A stretch of DNA of 64,000 nt from Eledone cirrhosa (lineage: Eukaryota): NCBI GenBank assembly GCA_964016885.1, contig OZ024750.1:52142001-52206000 (forward strand), in the 5' to 3' direction. Below the pieces are notes generated by a model. The model was not told where the DNA came from. It did not search any database and saw nothing but the letters and a program-made list of their open reading frames with translations. Below, piece after piece: positions 13,586-31,373 of this stretch. Position numbers and translations under genes: made by a program. Position 1 is the first letter of the stretch, and each line of letters opens with the position of its first letter.

Positions 13586-13795
13586 TTGGTGGATTGGCAG
13601 TATCGGTAGAGGGTCGGACGCAATGCTTTCCAGCATAGTTAAGTCCCTTTACGATCTGAGTTCAAATCCCGCCGAGGTTGACTTTGCCTTTCATCCTTAC
13701 GAGGTCGATAAAATAAAGTACCAGTAATGCACTGGGTATTTGCTGGCCTTGTGCCTAAATTAGAAACAATTATTATTATTAATATTATTATTATT
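13586..13795 (+). mobile_element. tRNA-derived SINE (dominant family)
   Basis: A-box TGGCAGTATCGGTAG, B-box GAGTTCAAATCC, central TTTGCCTTTCATCC..GGTCGATAAAATAAAGTACCAG, ATT tail. Confidence 0.9.
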
Positions 13796-14096
13796 ATTCT
13801 CTACATTCCTTACATCAAACTAAAGTATGTTGACAATCTTTTAATAATGTCTTCCTTGTGAAGTTTGTGGTCTTGTTTTGCTTAACTAATGAATATTTCC
13901 AGCTCTGCGCATCTAACTTCTGCATGAACCCAGCCACCTAGCTGCTTTCTACTGCATATTGCACATTGAGCACATGCCTTTACGCTTTGGCTTCTAACTA
14001 ACTCACCAATCTTTCCTCTCATATCTCCTTTACTATCTCCATCTCTCTCTTTAAGATTGGTTACTCTTGAACTGTGTATATATATATATATATATA

Positions 14097-14181
<85 letters not shown>

Positions 14182-14183
<2 letters not shown>

Positions 14184-14494
14184 AAGGCGGGTAAAATTCC
14201 CGAGATCCATGGACGAGTTCTCTCCAGCGGTCTCTGTCCCTCATTATCGCTGCCATATCCTGCATCTCCAACAGACCAGTCTCTGTCCTTAGGGCATCAA
14301 CATGTGTTAACCTTGGTCTTCCTCTTCTAGTGTGTCCATGTAGGGGCTCCCAAAGGAGCACTGAGTGCAATGTCAACTCTGGATGTCGGTGAGCATGTCC
14401 AGCCAACCTCAGTCTCCTCTGTGTCACTTTTGAGCTGACTTTTGGGATGCTCCCATACAGCTCTGAGTTTTTCATCCTCAGTGTATACTGATTA
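14182..14494 (-). mobile_element. 3' terminal segment of the RTE-group LINE, opposite orientation to its 5' part
   Basis: NQYTLRMKNSELYG..RRLRLAGH..LLWEP.HG..RRGRPRLT..DRDRWR; continues exactly where the + ORF stops at 17503. Confidence 0.9.
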
Positions 14495-17614
<3,120 letters not shown>

Positions 17615-17805
17615 TTATTTATTTATTTATATATATTTATATATGTAGGAGGTGAGTTTTATTGTAGTACAATAAAGCAATGCAGATATCGGATAGGAAG
17701 CACTCTACAGTTTGTAGGACTGGAGTATACATAATATATAAGAACAATGTTGATTTAAAACTGCACTATCCACAAGTGTTTTTTAGCCTTCATATCATGT
17801 CCTCC

Positions 17806-17876
17806 TGTTTTATCTGATGAAAACACAAATATTATTGCATGATGATGTTTGTTTTTGAAATGCGCATAATAAAATA
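17806..17876 (+). ncRNA. Well-formed type I hammerhead with AUA triplet in a pLTR (~17650-17905)
   Basis: TGTTTTAT-CTGATGA-AAACACAAATATTAT..ATGATGTTTGTTTTT-GAAAT-GCGC-ATA-ATAAAATA. Confidence 0.8.
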
Positions 17877-17918
17877 CATGGAACTCCTTTAACCATCTTT
17901 TGTTCTTATATATATATA

Positions 17919-18183
<265 letters not shown>

Positions 18184-18244
18184 ATATATATTTATTTATA
18201 TATATATAAAGGGCTGTAACTCTTTGAGAAAAGCATGGCGTCCG

Positions 18245-18799
<555 letters not shown>

Positions 18800-18805
18800 C
18801 GCGTG

Positions 18806-21255
18806 TGTTGTTGTTGTGTTGTTGTTGTTGTTGCTGATTCACCTCACGCTCCTGAGGTTTCTTCTCAAAAGCGCTAGAGATGCGACTGGGAGACGGACTA
18901 ATTCCTCTAAGGATGTGCCGAGTTGGTGATGGTATCTCTCGATCACCAATGCAGGGCATCGTAGCCAGATGTGTTCAGACTCCTCCTCCTCTTCACCGCA
19001 AGTGCTGTCTTCACATTTGTCAGTCAGTAGCTGCCACCTGCCAAGGGCTGGATGGTGCCCACTTCTGAAGCGGATAAGGTGGGTGAGATCAGCCTTGTCT
19101 CTAGCGTTATCGACTCTCTCGTCCGGCGGTTTGCTGAAGGTTTGAATAGTTCTCTCGTGGGTGAGGTGAAGGGTGCTGGTCTACACTCCCTTTTGATGAG
19201 AGCTTGTCTCGTGGAATGGTCAGCAGTGGTGTTAGGTTGTGGAGTTGAGGAGACCTGCTTTGCGAGTTTGTCTGCTAGTTCATTCCCTTATAGATTACAG
19301 TGACCAGGGACCCATACAACAGTTAGGTTTTTGTCTTCTCCGAGTTGTCGATTGCCTGAACTAGAGATTTACAGTCGCAGATGATAGTCGCCGAAGTCCA
19401 TTTTGCGTTATTGGTTTGTAACCAGTGGACGGCTTCTCTAAGCGCAGCTTTTTCTGAGTGAAAGGAGCTACTTCTAGCGCCTGTTGCTGTACGCCACTCG
19501 TGGAGGACCTCACCATCTTTGATGATGACCATACCAGCTCCGCCATCGGTAGTACCTTCTTTTGTAGACCCATCGGTGTAGATTTGAACATCTGACGGGG
19601 CGGGGGTTGATATGGTGTCTAAGGCTGCCGTCAGTTGTTGGTTTGCGTTTTGGGACTTTGAGGTATTGGTGTAGATTACATGTATGGGGTAGGGTTAGTT
19701 ATGGGGGAGGTTCTGGGTCTTTGGGTAGGGGTGTCGGGGGAATAAGATGAAGTCGTGCCAGGTGCTGGGATTGGGTGCCTCTCCAGTCTGTATTTTTGAG
19801 CCTTTTTCGGCAGCTGGTATTGAAAACTTTGTGTCGTTCGTCCGTCTTTGGTAGGTTTGCCCAGTGATCAGCTTTAAGCAGTGCAAATGTCCAGAATCTG
19901 GAGGAGAGCGTAGGTAACTGGGATTCTGCTAGCACAGTGTCGGTCGGCGTGGTTCCGATTTGGCCGGTGATGGCTCGAGCCACGTCTAGTTGTACTCTTT
20001 CGAGCTTGCCGATGTTGGTGGCAGACAACCAAGGTGTCCACGCCGGAGCCGCATATTCTGCGATGCTTCGTTGTACGGCAGTGTAGATTTGACGAAGATT
20101 CGCCTTCTTCCAGCCCCACGTCGTTCCTGCTACAGTTTTTAGTAGGTTCGTTCTCGATTGGATAGTTCGACATACCTTCTCGACATGTTCCCTAAAGGTT
20201 AACTGCCGATCGTATGTGATGCCCAGGAATTTTGGGAAAGGGTTGCAAGAAAGTTGCTTCCCGGTTATTGCGATACTGGGCTGCCACTTTGCCTCTGCTC
20301 CATCAAGACTGAAACATGCTGTCTCGCATTTATTAATATTGAGCTGCAGTCTAGCTTCCTTGCCCCATTCAGCTACCTTGTCAACCTCTTTTTGTAGTAG
20401 GACGGCTACTTCATCTTTATTCCTTCCGTTTCACGCGATCGCCATCTAGGAGGCTGTTTATGTAGACCGTGAAGAGGATTGGAGACAGGACGGCCCCTTG
20501 TGGAAGGCCTTCTTTAAACACTCTGCTCCTACCTGTTGTTGAGTTAAGACGGACTCTCGCGGTGCGGTTCACGAACCATGTCGACAACCATTCAACAAAA
20601 CGTAGGGGAACACCAAGCCTCAGCATGCTCTGCAGTGGTCCGGTTCTCCAGACACGATCGTACGCCCTGCTAAAGTCGAAAAAGGTGGCTAGGGTGCGTT
20701 TGCGCTGCGACGACTGGAACCCATCCGAGATGAATTGGGCGAGTCGGAGGCATTGATCGGTTTTACTGCGTCCTTTCCTGAAACCCGCCTGCCAGGGACT
20801 GAGAATCGAATGCTCCTCGAGCCACCATGACAGACGGGTAGCAATCAGTCTTTCAAGTAGTTTTCCTATTGTTGAGGTCAGTGATATTGGGCGGTAGCTC
20901 CCTACTTCTGCTGGATCTTTGCCTTTTTTGTGGAAAGGTATGGTTGTCACCGTCCGCCAAGACTGAGGGCACCAATTGTTCGTCCAACTATGGTTTAAAA
21001 TTTGCAAAAGTTCAATTTGAATAGATTTTGTTAGGTGTTTGAGAAGGTCTGGCGCTATTTCATCTGGACCTGCTGTTTTACGTGCTTTGATCTTTTTAAT
21101 TGCAGCGTTGAGTTCATCCAGGGTGAAATCGGCTTCTATCCTTTGCCTGGGGGGCAAGGAACAGGTCTTTCATTTCTCTTTTCAATAATCTTCCTGTCCT
21201 TCTTGATTCTTTGTCGCTCTTTCTTCCACTTATAGTGGCATACTCTCGTACAAAA
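18806..21255 (-). mobile_element. 5'-truncated, internally deleted I-group (Ingi/Nimb-like) LINE: RT + RNase H, (AAC)n tail
   Basis: YRPISLTSTIGKLLERL, QAGFR, FFDFSRAYD, GLPQGAVLSPILF; RNase H IYTDGS..CDCKS..WVPGH..GNELADKLAK; GTT repeats at 18806-18833. Confidence 0.88.
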
Positions 21256-21269
21256 GTTGTTGTTGTTGT

Positions 21270-21985
21270 TCCGTTTGTTTACACCAGCCATCTCGTCTCA
21301 CTTCTCTCGGATCGATTATTGATTTGTGGTCCGAGACGTTTGATCCAGAGTGCCTCCTTGATCCTTAAAGTGCCGACGTTGCGTTCCGTCGCAAAAACTG
21401 GGCCTTCCGTCTTTTTCCGCATTTGATTGTGTTTCCACTAGGCCCTAGTGTTGAGGTGTTCCTTGATCCGGACATATAGTGGCCGGGTGGTGCTACCGAT
21501 GTAGAGGTCATTACACTTGCCACATACTACCTTGTATACGACGTACGTGCGTAAGCAACAGTCCGTCTGGCTTATTGGACAGTTGCAGAGGGAACACGCA
21601 TCATCCGATTTGTCACGTTTCCTGTAGAGGCCAAGTAGATGTCAAGACCGTCCCTCCGCATGGCCCTGCGGACAGCGTTGGTAGTTTTCTCGCCCAGGTG
21701 CGGGATCTTAAGGAAGCACTTACCTTTCATGTTTCTCTGCCTCGTGTGTCTGGTGTCCCTTACTCTGCTGGTAAATAATGTTGGGTCTCCAGCACCGTGG
21801 AACCGCTTGGTGTGGCTGACACCACTCACGGGATCGCTGTATCTATTTTTAATCCACGTGATCTTGTTTGTGATGTACCCTCTTTTAGCACTGTTAGGGA
21901 TGGCAGATTTGAAGTGAACGAACAAGTCCCTGCAAGCCACCTTGCGGTAAAAGTTGGTGTTGATCTCTCCCCAAAAGAATGGGGT
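21270..21985 (-). mobile_element. Penelope-like element fragment (RT thumb/linker + GIY-YIG)
   Basis: HFKSAIPNSAKRGYI..LKIPHLGE; frameshifted VVYKVVCGKCNDLYIGSTTRPLYVRIKEH..IKEALWIKRLGPQIN. Confidence 0.85.
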
Positions 21986-22200
21986 TGGACTGGCAGTATC
22001 GGTAGAGGGTCGGACATCATGCTTTGCAGCATAGAGTTACGGTCTTTACGGTCTGAGTTCAAATCCCGTCGAGGTTAACTTTGCTTTTCATCCTTACGGG
22101 GTCGATAAAATAAAGTACCAGTCACATACTGGTGTCGATTTAATCGACTTTCCCCTCGCCCAAATTACTGGCCTTGTGCCTATACTAGAAATCATTATTT
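21985..22200 (+). mobile_element. tRNA-derived SINE, long variant with a GTCGATTTAATCGAC hairpin
   Basis: Same head and body as 13586, with an extra ~35 bp. Confidence 0.9.
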
Positions 22201-22954
22201 ACTCACGAATACATTTAGGTATCCACCATGATAGAATGAAATATAACCAGTATAACTAGCTACAGAGGCGATCACAAATTAACAGTTCATACGAGAAAAA
22301 GTATTTTGCTTAAATTAAATTGTTTTAATAATTAACACCATGAAAATAAATTTCTAGATGACATTTCGGAATGGGGTAGGAAGTAAGGAAACCTAACATC
22401 AGAGAGGGGGAATTGAGGAAATCTGGGGTGACAAGGACGGTGGGATTGTAAAAACCTAGGAGCGCTCTGAGAATCACTGCCGTAACAGAATCAATCCAGG
22501 GGACACAACTCAGATAAACTCTATCACTTGGTAGTAGCTAAACGCAGTCATTGTTTATATTTTAAACCAGAAAGATTTTATCACTGTTCATGTTAAGAAA
22601 TATTTCAACTGCTTATGGCGTAGGGTTCACTTGTAGGGCTCGTTCTTACGAATGACCATTTCAATGCCGATCGTATTAAATAGGAATGTGGTTCAGGAAC
22701 CCAGCATGCGACGCTAGATATTTCCATTGCTCGTGGATTCGACGAGAAACCAGTCAGAGGTTAGCCAGTATTTGCTGAGTTATGCCCCCTGCATAATATC
22801 TAAAACGCTTCCGTTCTAATTTGTGGCTAGTTGATATTTTTTAACAATGTTTTGGTATAGGTATGTATGCACGTCGCACCCACCACTTCTGATATAAATA
22901 CAGCTCAGTACACACATACACGCCCCATCAAATTTGATTCCTATAACTTTCTTA

Positions 22955-23058
22955 ATAATTGTTTCTACTTTAGGCACAAGGCCAGCAAATACCCAGTGTA
23001 TTACTGGTACTTTATTTTATCGACCCCGTAAGGATGAAAGGCAAAGTCAACCTCTGTT
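22955..23058 (-). mobile_element. SINE 3' half
   Basis: Reverse complement of the SINE tail and body. Confidence 0.85.
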
Positions 23059-23059
23059 C

Positions 23060-24335
23060 GACCTTTCAAGGATAACTTCTCGGCCGATTTCTGGGGTAGG
23101 GTGGCCACACTGGTAGCTACCTCGTCCCAGCTTTTGTTCATTTGGCGGACTGAGCCAAACTGGATCCCGAGCAAATTAATCGGTCGTCCGTCTAGCGCCC
23201 GGCGGCGCTGTTGGACGGTATAGCTTCACCAGGTGCCAGGCCGTAGGCACACCCACTTTTCCTGGTTAATTTATGCTCCTGTTATCGCTTGGTATTCCTC
23301 GAGATCGGTGCCGATCAACTCAATGTTTGCTGCTTGACACCACAACAGTCACATCGTCGGCATATGCCGGATCTGGCACATCCTAGTCCGCTTGACACCA
23401 CAACAGTCACATCGTCGGCATATGCCGGATCTGGCACATCCTAGTCCGCGCGGAATGCTCTTCAACGTCTCTAATTTGTGTAGTAGTGGCTCGTACGTTA
23501 ATGCATACAACAGAAATAACATTGGCGGATCGAGCTCATGATATTGAGCGGGTACGAGAGGTGGCCGTTCATTCTAATCATTGTGCATTGCAGCGGGCCA
23601 TCCTTTGAATACAGGATCGAAGCAGGCTGCCGCCAGGTGCTGCTGATTGACCCAGTCCAAAACTTTCGATCGATCTAAGTTGATCAGGACCCCACTCGTG
23701 TTAGGTTCCTTAGTCACCTTCTCTATGATCGCATAAGGTGGAGGTTGTCGTGGGTGGGTCTGTCCAGAATGACGTATGTTAGCGTCTCTCCTACCAGACC
23801 ACCGACGATTAGCGCCAATCTCGTCGCTAACACATTGGCCAAAAATGTAAACTGCATTTAGCAGAGTTATGAGCCTGAAATTATCTATATGGTTCCCTTG
23901 TTCGGGTCCTTTCTCGGCAGCGCCACCGCCCCTTGGCTCAAATAACTGGGAATTTTCCCGTTCTGCTGCCAGTGGGCGTCGACATCTGCTAGCATGTTTG
24001 CGAACAAGTCTGGCATATTTATGTAAAGCTCGAAGGACAGACCATCCAAACTACGTAATTTGCCCCTCGTGCAGCTAGCCACCGCGTCCCACATTTCATC
24101 CGCTGTTATCGGTTTTTCGGAACATTCCGCCTCCCTTGCTGAGATCAGCAGAAGGCAGTCGTGGTAGGCACTGAAATCCATCCTTCGACCCGGCTCTCCA
24201 CTGCTCCCGAACATTTGAGCGAAGTGTCGCGGAAAAACCGCACACACCTGTTTGAGATCGAGTACCATTCGCCCGTCGTGGTCGCCAAAAACCAGACTGT
24301 GGCTTTGGTGCCACGCCGCGTCTTCGGGCCCATCT
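23060..24335 (-). mobile_element. Degenerate Tx1/L1-like LINE RT fragment with a 57-bp tandem duplication over YADDV
   Basis: EKPITADEMWDAV..LDGLSFELY, NFRLITLLN, HDNLHLMR, LINLD; YADDV duplicated at ~23332-23450. Confidence 0.75.
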
Positions 24336-24367
24336 AATGGCTATCGTGTCTAAGAGTCAATGATGAT

Positions 24368-24556
24368 AATAATTGTTTCTACTGACACAAGGCCAGCAAT
24401 TACCCAGTGTATTACTGGTACTTTATTTTATCAACCCCGTAAGGATGAAAGGCAAAGTTAACCTTGGCGGGATTTGAACTCAGAATGGCAAGGGCCGTAA
24501 CTCTGCGTCAAAGTATGGCGCCCGACCCTCTATCGATATGGCCAATCCACCGCCAA
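24368..24556 (-). mobile_element. tRNA-derived SINE
   Basis: Full reverse-complement copy. Confidence 0.9.
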
Positions 24557-26633
24557 TGATGATAATGTTGAAACGTTGCTTTTTTTGTGCCTCTAACTTA
24601 TCAGAACTTGTGACATGGCTACACAAGGTCGATAGATGATCTACCATTTGAATAGTGGGGGAAATTCTTTCTTGAGAAGAAATCGATTGAGTTCCGACCT
24701 GGAAAGTGATGGGGTCCTCCAAATTTTTAAAATGCCCAAACCCCGTGTGTCAAGACAACGATCATATCATTCGCCCATCCAGTAGCAATCGGTCGTAACC
24801 CCTTCAAATGGTCCCTAAACAATCTCGAAGTAACATGTGGTGACTATTGAAAAATTAAAACCCGCACTAAACTTAATACGTAACGTGTATTTCATTAACA
24901 AGACTCTCGCCGTGGGGCTAAAATATTCTAAAAAATAAGCATATCTGTGTTTAGAGATCTGATGAACTGGATGGCCTTCCTAAAACTGTAGTTACAACCC
25001 CTTGTGGCTTTTAAAATTCTTAACCGTTTACTCGCCTAAAAGAATTGGCATCCCGATTTCATTTCGCAATAAACGACGGATATTCGCCACGTTGAGGGTA
25101 AGTGGATAATTCTGCAACTGATCCTCTTTTAAATTAAATCAGACGATATTGAATGTGAAAATAAAAATGAGTAAGAGGTAAAATAAAATTGTACCATAAG
25201 TTTCGAGTATAAAATAAAATAGTGATATATGCCACAAAATATACGATGAAATATTCAATTAGATACAGTGGTTAATATGATGTAGAATTTAATTGTAAAG
25301 TTAATGATGAAGAAAAGAAAGTAGAAAAGCTTCTTTCTGTGCATTTTCAACATCTTCATAGAGGAAGCATTTATCTTTCAGTAGAACGGATCCCGTCGAC
25401 ACCCACAAGACTTAGGTTGACCCGAAACTATAGTAACTTTTGCCCAAAATACCACGAAGTAGGATCAAACTCAGGAGCTTTATAATAACAAAGAGAACTT
25501 CTTCACCATTTAGCTATGTTGCGACAACACAAGCATATTTACATGATGTTTATACGACTATCAAATACTTATCGATCTTCAAACAGGATTCTACGTATCA
25601 ATGATTCGGTACATCATTTGACAGCATAGCTTAACATAGTTAAACATCAACGATAGAGAGAAATCGGTTTAGACAGATATGACTTAACATTAGAATATAT
25701 ATTTATAATAACAAACTAGTGGCTTACTGAGAATATATGTATAGCACGTGTTGGTAGTTCCCACCAATGAAAATATCTACTACCACACCACTACTAAACT
25801 ATTAACTATGCAACCAATCAACGACCTTTCCTACATGTTTTATGCAACATTTTACTTCTGCAACCCTGGATGAGTCTATTGCCATGGTGTAGTGGGTGCC
25901 ACAGCTCTGGCAATCTTGTTGACATTTTCTTGTTTATTCACAGAACAAAATAAATATTTCACATGGAAATAAAACTGTCACTACCACTATAACTTATATA
26001 TATATATATATATGAAATCATGCAAACTAATATGAATATATTTGAAGAAAAAAAGAAGACTAGTACAACAATACAACAATAACAATGGTTTTATTATTAA
26101 AAAAATTTCCGTAATTTAAAAATATTCGACGTGTAATTTTGTATATATTATTTAATTTCCTTTCAGAATATCTCTTTTGATAAGAGTATGTTTTAAATGT
26201 ATTTGTTGTAGACTAAAGAATGGTAAATAAAAATTAACGAGACAGTAAATAATAAAAGGTTTATTAAAACATAAGAATTAGAGATAGAAACATGTTTGAT
26301 AGAAGAGAAAAAACAGGTTGTTTTGTACACGTGCTTTTTTGTTTGCTGTTGACGAATGTGTTAGTAACTTCCTGGTAGAAGCTAGCATCACTGAATATTC
26401 CACAGAAACGCCTTCAGGTGATATTATGACACGAGGGTACCTGGAGAGGTGAGAGATATGGAAATAATCGATAAAGAATCGATGAAATAGGACGAAATTT
26501 CGGTGATCGCGGCTGCGCAATGCTGAAATTCAAGTGTTGGCGCCCATTTCCGGCATTGGTTCACATGGTTGAATCCAATTTTAGCCAGCTCCTGCTGCCG
26601 AGAAAAAAAGATATAGGTCTCTGTTGCGCAACG

Positions 26634-26691
26634 ATGGATCAAATACCGGCGGTTATGGACAGACACCTGGACGTAATTCAGCATCGTAAAG
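26634..26691 (+). CDS. Candidate first coding exon of an unknown host gene (MDQIPAVMDRHLDVIQHRK)
   Basis: ATG in non-repetitive CpG-containing sequence ending at a consensus AG|GTAAGT donor; no homology recognised. Confidence 0.25.
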
Positions 26692-27459
26692 GTAAGTAAC
26701 ATTTTTACAGATAGAAAAGCCAACATTTAGTATCTGAGAAGTAAATCAATTAGTATAGTGAAATGAAATTGTGTAGTGTCATGGAAGCTAGGTGAAGTAA
26801 CACCCGGCCGACTTCGTCCACTTTTCATATAGCCATATAGATACAACTGGTAGATTATATTTGTTCTAAACTGATCATTGCTGTTTTAAACGGTATAATA
26901 ACACTCGATATTTTAATTACACTTCTTAATCTAACCGTTTAAATAAATCAAAGTTAGTGATTTAACATTTAACAGCATGTCGTAGATGGGTCTTGGCGGA
27001 TAAAAAATATTTAAGAAGCCAGTATCGGCAAAACTCCATATAAGCAGTCACTATTATATATATATATATATATAATAGTGACTGTTTATATGGAAGTTTT
27101 ATATATATATACATACATTTATATATACATTTCTTCAAAGACGCATGTATAGCATGCTGTTAAATTGCTATATATATGTATATATATATATATAGCTGGC
27201 CATCTACTGAATGGCGTACATAATAAATTCTCAATAAATTGAAATATATATACAATCGCGAATGTAAGTGTGTGTCTGCAAGTATTTCTACTTTACGGAT
27301 AAATTAAAAAGAACACAATACCTGGTAGAGTACATTTATTTACAGTGTATAAATGTCCGGAGACTGGTCAGAGCGAGGAGAGAAAGAAAAGCCAGTAGAT
27401 TTGAATTTCATTAAGAGATGATATTTCGGGGAAACCCCATGGCTTCACACACACATACA

Positions 27460-27497
<38 letters not shown>

Positions 27498-27914
27498 ATA
27501 TTTAATTTGTTGGAAATAAATGTTTATAACTGGTATATCATTCCACCGTCTAATAAACAAATATAGCTCTTATAAAGCAAATATAGATGTAGATGTGTGA
27601 ACAGAGAAAATGACGGGGTGGTCATAACTGGAATGTCTTTGATATGGAACGACTGATTCACAATTGATCTTTGGTTGAATCCGACCATGCATTGTAAAAA
27701 CAAGTTCACATATCTGTGTGTATATATATATATATATTCTAAGTAGAAGAGTGGTTGTGACTTCGAAGTGTTATCTTCATCTTGTAGGGAGGAGACGGTC
27801 ACCAAGTTGAAACTTCGAAGTCACTGCCATGTTTGTACTTATGTCTATACTCTTGCCACCAATATTCATTCAGTTTATGGTTTAAATGTTTTAAATGCTA
27901 CGGTATTTTAAACA

Positions 27915-28362
27915 CACATCCTAATATATATATATATATATTAGAATATGTTCTTGTCTGATAATATACACATCCTAATATATATATATATATATATATT
28001 AGAATATGTTCTTGTCTGATAATATACACATCCTAATATATATATATATATTAGAATATGTTCTTGTCTGATAATATACACATCCTAATATATATATATA
28101 TATTAGAATATGTTCTTGTCTGATAATATACACATCCTAATATATATATATATATATATATTAGAATATGTTCTTGTCTGATAATATACACATCCTAATA
28201 TATATATATATATATATATTAGAATATGTTCTTGTCTGATAATATACACATCCTAATATATATATATATATTAGAATATGTTCTTGTCTGATAATATACA
28301 CATCCTAATATATATATATATATATATATTAGAATATGTTCTTGTCTGATAATATACACATC

Positions 28363-28422
<60 letters not shown>

Positions 28423-28438
28423 TATGTTCTTGTCTGAT
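27915..28438. repeat. Nine ~52-60-bp tandem units CACATCCTAA(TA)nTTAGAATATGTTCTTGTCTGAT
   Basis: Directly visible; the last unit (longer TA core) runs into a hammerhead. Confidence 0.92.
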
Positions 28439-28477
28439 GAACCTGTAAGATACATGCCAAACTCCAGAGTAACAAGA
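28428..28477 (+). ncRNA. Hammerhead motif, probably inactive (GAAA to CAAA)
   Basis: TCTTGT-CTGATGA-ACCTGTA-AGA-TACATGC-CAAAC-TCCAGA-GTA-ACAAGA; perfect 6-bp stem I; AATAAA downstream. Confidence 0.7.
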
Positions 28478-28784
28478 CTCACTATTTAGCCTTAATAAAA
28501 TATTTAAATTCTACTTCGATACACATATCTATATATATATATATATGTGTATATATATATATATGTGTGTATATATATATGTGTGTGTCTACTTTGACAA
28601 GATTCCATAGAGCAAACTACAATGGCAGATAACATTTGTGGTGGAGGTCCCTTGTAAGAAAGGCCAACAATTGGCGGCACGGCGTTGATGCTCCCCCCCC
28701 CCCCCCTGTGGTTCACAGCTAAAGTGGGTAAGGTAGCCATGGTTGTAATGGTGAACATATCGGTACATCATGTCTTGCTACTAT

Positions 28785-29035
28785 TATAGATGTGTGTATA
28801 TATTTATATATGTGTGTATATATATGTGTGTGTGTGTATATATATATGTGTGTGTGTATATATTTATATATGTGTGTATATATGTGTGTGTGTGTATATA
28901 TATATGTGTGTGTGTATATATATATGTGTGTGTGTATATATATGTGTGTGTATATATATGTGTATATATATGTGTGTGTGTGTATATATATGTGTGTATA
29001 TAAATATGTGTGTATGTATATGTGTATATGTATAA

Positions 29036-29071
<36 letters not shown>

Positions 29072-29470
29072 AAATGTGTGTGTATATATATGTATAAATG
29101 TGTATGTGTATATTTATGTGTGTGTATATATGTGTATGTGTATATTTATGTGTGTATATATATGTGTATGTGTATATATATATGTGTGTATATATATGTG
29201 TGTATATATGTGTATATATATATATGTGTATGTGTATATATGTGTGTATATATATGTGTATGTATATGTGTATGTGTATGTATATCTGTATGTATATATA
29301 TATGTGTATGTATATATATATGTGTATGTATATATATATGTGTATATATATATGTGTATGTATATATGTGTATGTATATATATATGTGTATGTATATATA
29401 TATGTGTGTATATATATGTGTATATATATGTGTGTGTGTATATATATATATGAGTGTGTGCGTGCGTGTT
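28785..29470. repeat. (TG/TA)n compound microsatellite
   Basis: Directly visible. Confidence 0.95.
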
Positions 29471-31313
29471 TAACTTTGCAAAACAAGTAGATGTTTAGGC
29501 CATAGGTGGGACTTTTAATTCAGTACAGCTGGGTTTAAATGCATCCCCTCAGTGTATCCAAGATTGCACTATCAGACGTGTCTTTCCCTTCTTTAAGATG
29601 ATAGTATTTGATTTGGGAGCGATTATAGCTGCTATTTCTAGCAGGTCGGGTGACCATGTAGATGCTTCTTTGTGTAGTTTTGAGTAGAAGTGAAATTCTT
29701 TAAACAGATTCTAAGGTTCCAAATATCTTTTTTTTGACATTTGAGCCTAAAAGATGGTCTTTCGTTTTAAGAGGACAGAATTCGCAGTAAATAATAAAAT
29801 GAGTAAAATGGACGATACCTGATTGATCTGTATTTGTAAATTCCGATTGATTTATTAGTAAAAAGAAAAATATGGCAACATACATCGTTTTATCTCTTTT
29901 CCATGTCTCTGCAGGAATGTTGTCTTTTAATTTATCCTTTTCAGAGTTGTTTTGTTGTTTCTTTTTATTTATGGGATAATCTTGTTTAAAAGGGTTGATT
30001 AAAAAAAACTTATTATTGGTCAACCGGAGACAATATACGATGCGAAGTGTGTGCACTCCAGTATAAACAAAGTGTTAAACACTTAACATGTGCTACCATT
30101 GGTTTCGGGGTCCAATCATGACCACCACTGTATAATGGAAGAGGCACTTTTAAACAGGCCCTTCATTCGGGCACATGGACAGAAATATGGAAAGGGAAGT
30201 GGTGCCTGAATGAAGGCTCAGTTAAAAAAAGTGTATGAAACTTTATACTCAATAAGCTCTCTTTCAACAGATTAATCATGGCTTTCCTTGATCTTTCATC
30301 TATGGATTTCTACGAACGTGTGTGTGTGTATGTATATTGTATATATATAGAGAGAGGGAGAGGGGGAGATATGATGATTGGGAAAATTAACAAAGACAAC
30401 GAACGAAAAAATGTTTTTGAAGGGGCGGGGGGGGGGGCGTAACTTTTTTGAAAAACGGAAGACACAACTCCAGGGTTTTCAGCCGTCGAGATGGACTTTC
30501 GCAGTTTCGATCCCTTCCGACGCTTCTGCTGATCCACCCGTGGTCACAGCCTCTGACACAGGCCAAAGCGTTCTCCGTGGAGTAAAAGACAAGACAAAAA
30601 AATAACCCGGTACATAGAATTTTGTGACGACTCTGATAAAGTATTGTACTTTTTATGGCAACGAAAGCCTCGTGTGGCTTTAAAAAAGGAGGAAAAGGCT
30701 AGAATAAGAGAGTAAAATATCGTGTTTAAATATGTAATCCATTGAAATTATTGGAGAAGAAGAAAGAACCCGTTCGTCTGATTACTAATAATAAAATGAA
30801 GAAAATTAACAGAGAAGACAACGAAGTGTGTGTGAAATATACGTTATGTGCAGATATTTGTAGGTTTTTATACAGGCATGTCTGTGTAGTTAAGGAGTAA
30901 GCTTACCAACCACGTGGCTTTCGGTTCAGTCCCACTGAGATGTTCTTAAATCTTCTACTACAGCTTCGTGAGTGAAAATTGATAGATAAACTATTATGTG
31001 TATGGGTTTATGTCCCGTAACATAGCGGTGACACAAACAGATCAATATAATCAACTCGCGTCCAGGCGGTGCCTCGGCAAGGCCGCAGTTTTATGTCTGA
31101 AACCAGTAAAACATAACCAAGAAAATATACCTTAACGGTTCAAGTTTTTCCTATCCTTGACTATTATACTCCAGAAAACTTGTCGAGTGCTCTGAATCAG
31201 TTATAAACATTTATATTTGTTGAATTACCAACAAATTAAATATCCCTTTTGCTTATATATATATATATATAATTTTTAAGCTTGTTGAATCCCAACAAAT
31301 TAAATATAACCTC

Positions 31314-31369
<56 letters not shown>

Positions 31370-31373
<4 letters not shown>

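Noticed and set aside
24590-25105. Host exons (short open frame at ~24640-24784; GTAAGT donor at ~25098)
   Set aside because: Stops in all frames, no matching acceptor and no recognisable homology.
27405-27450. Hammerhead on - (GGGG-TTT-CCCC-GAAATATCATC)
   Set aside because: Only the 3' half is present; no CUGANGA core or stem I.
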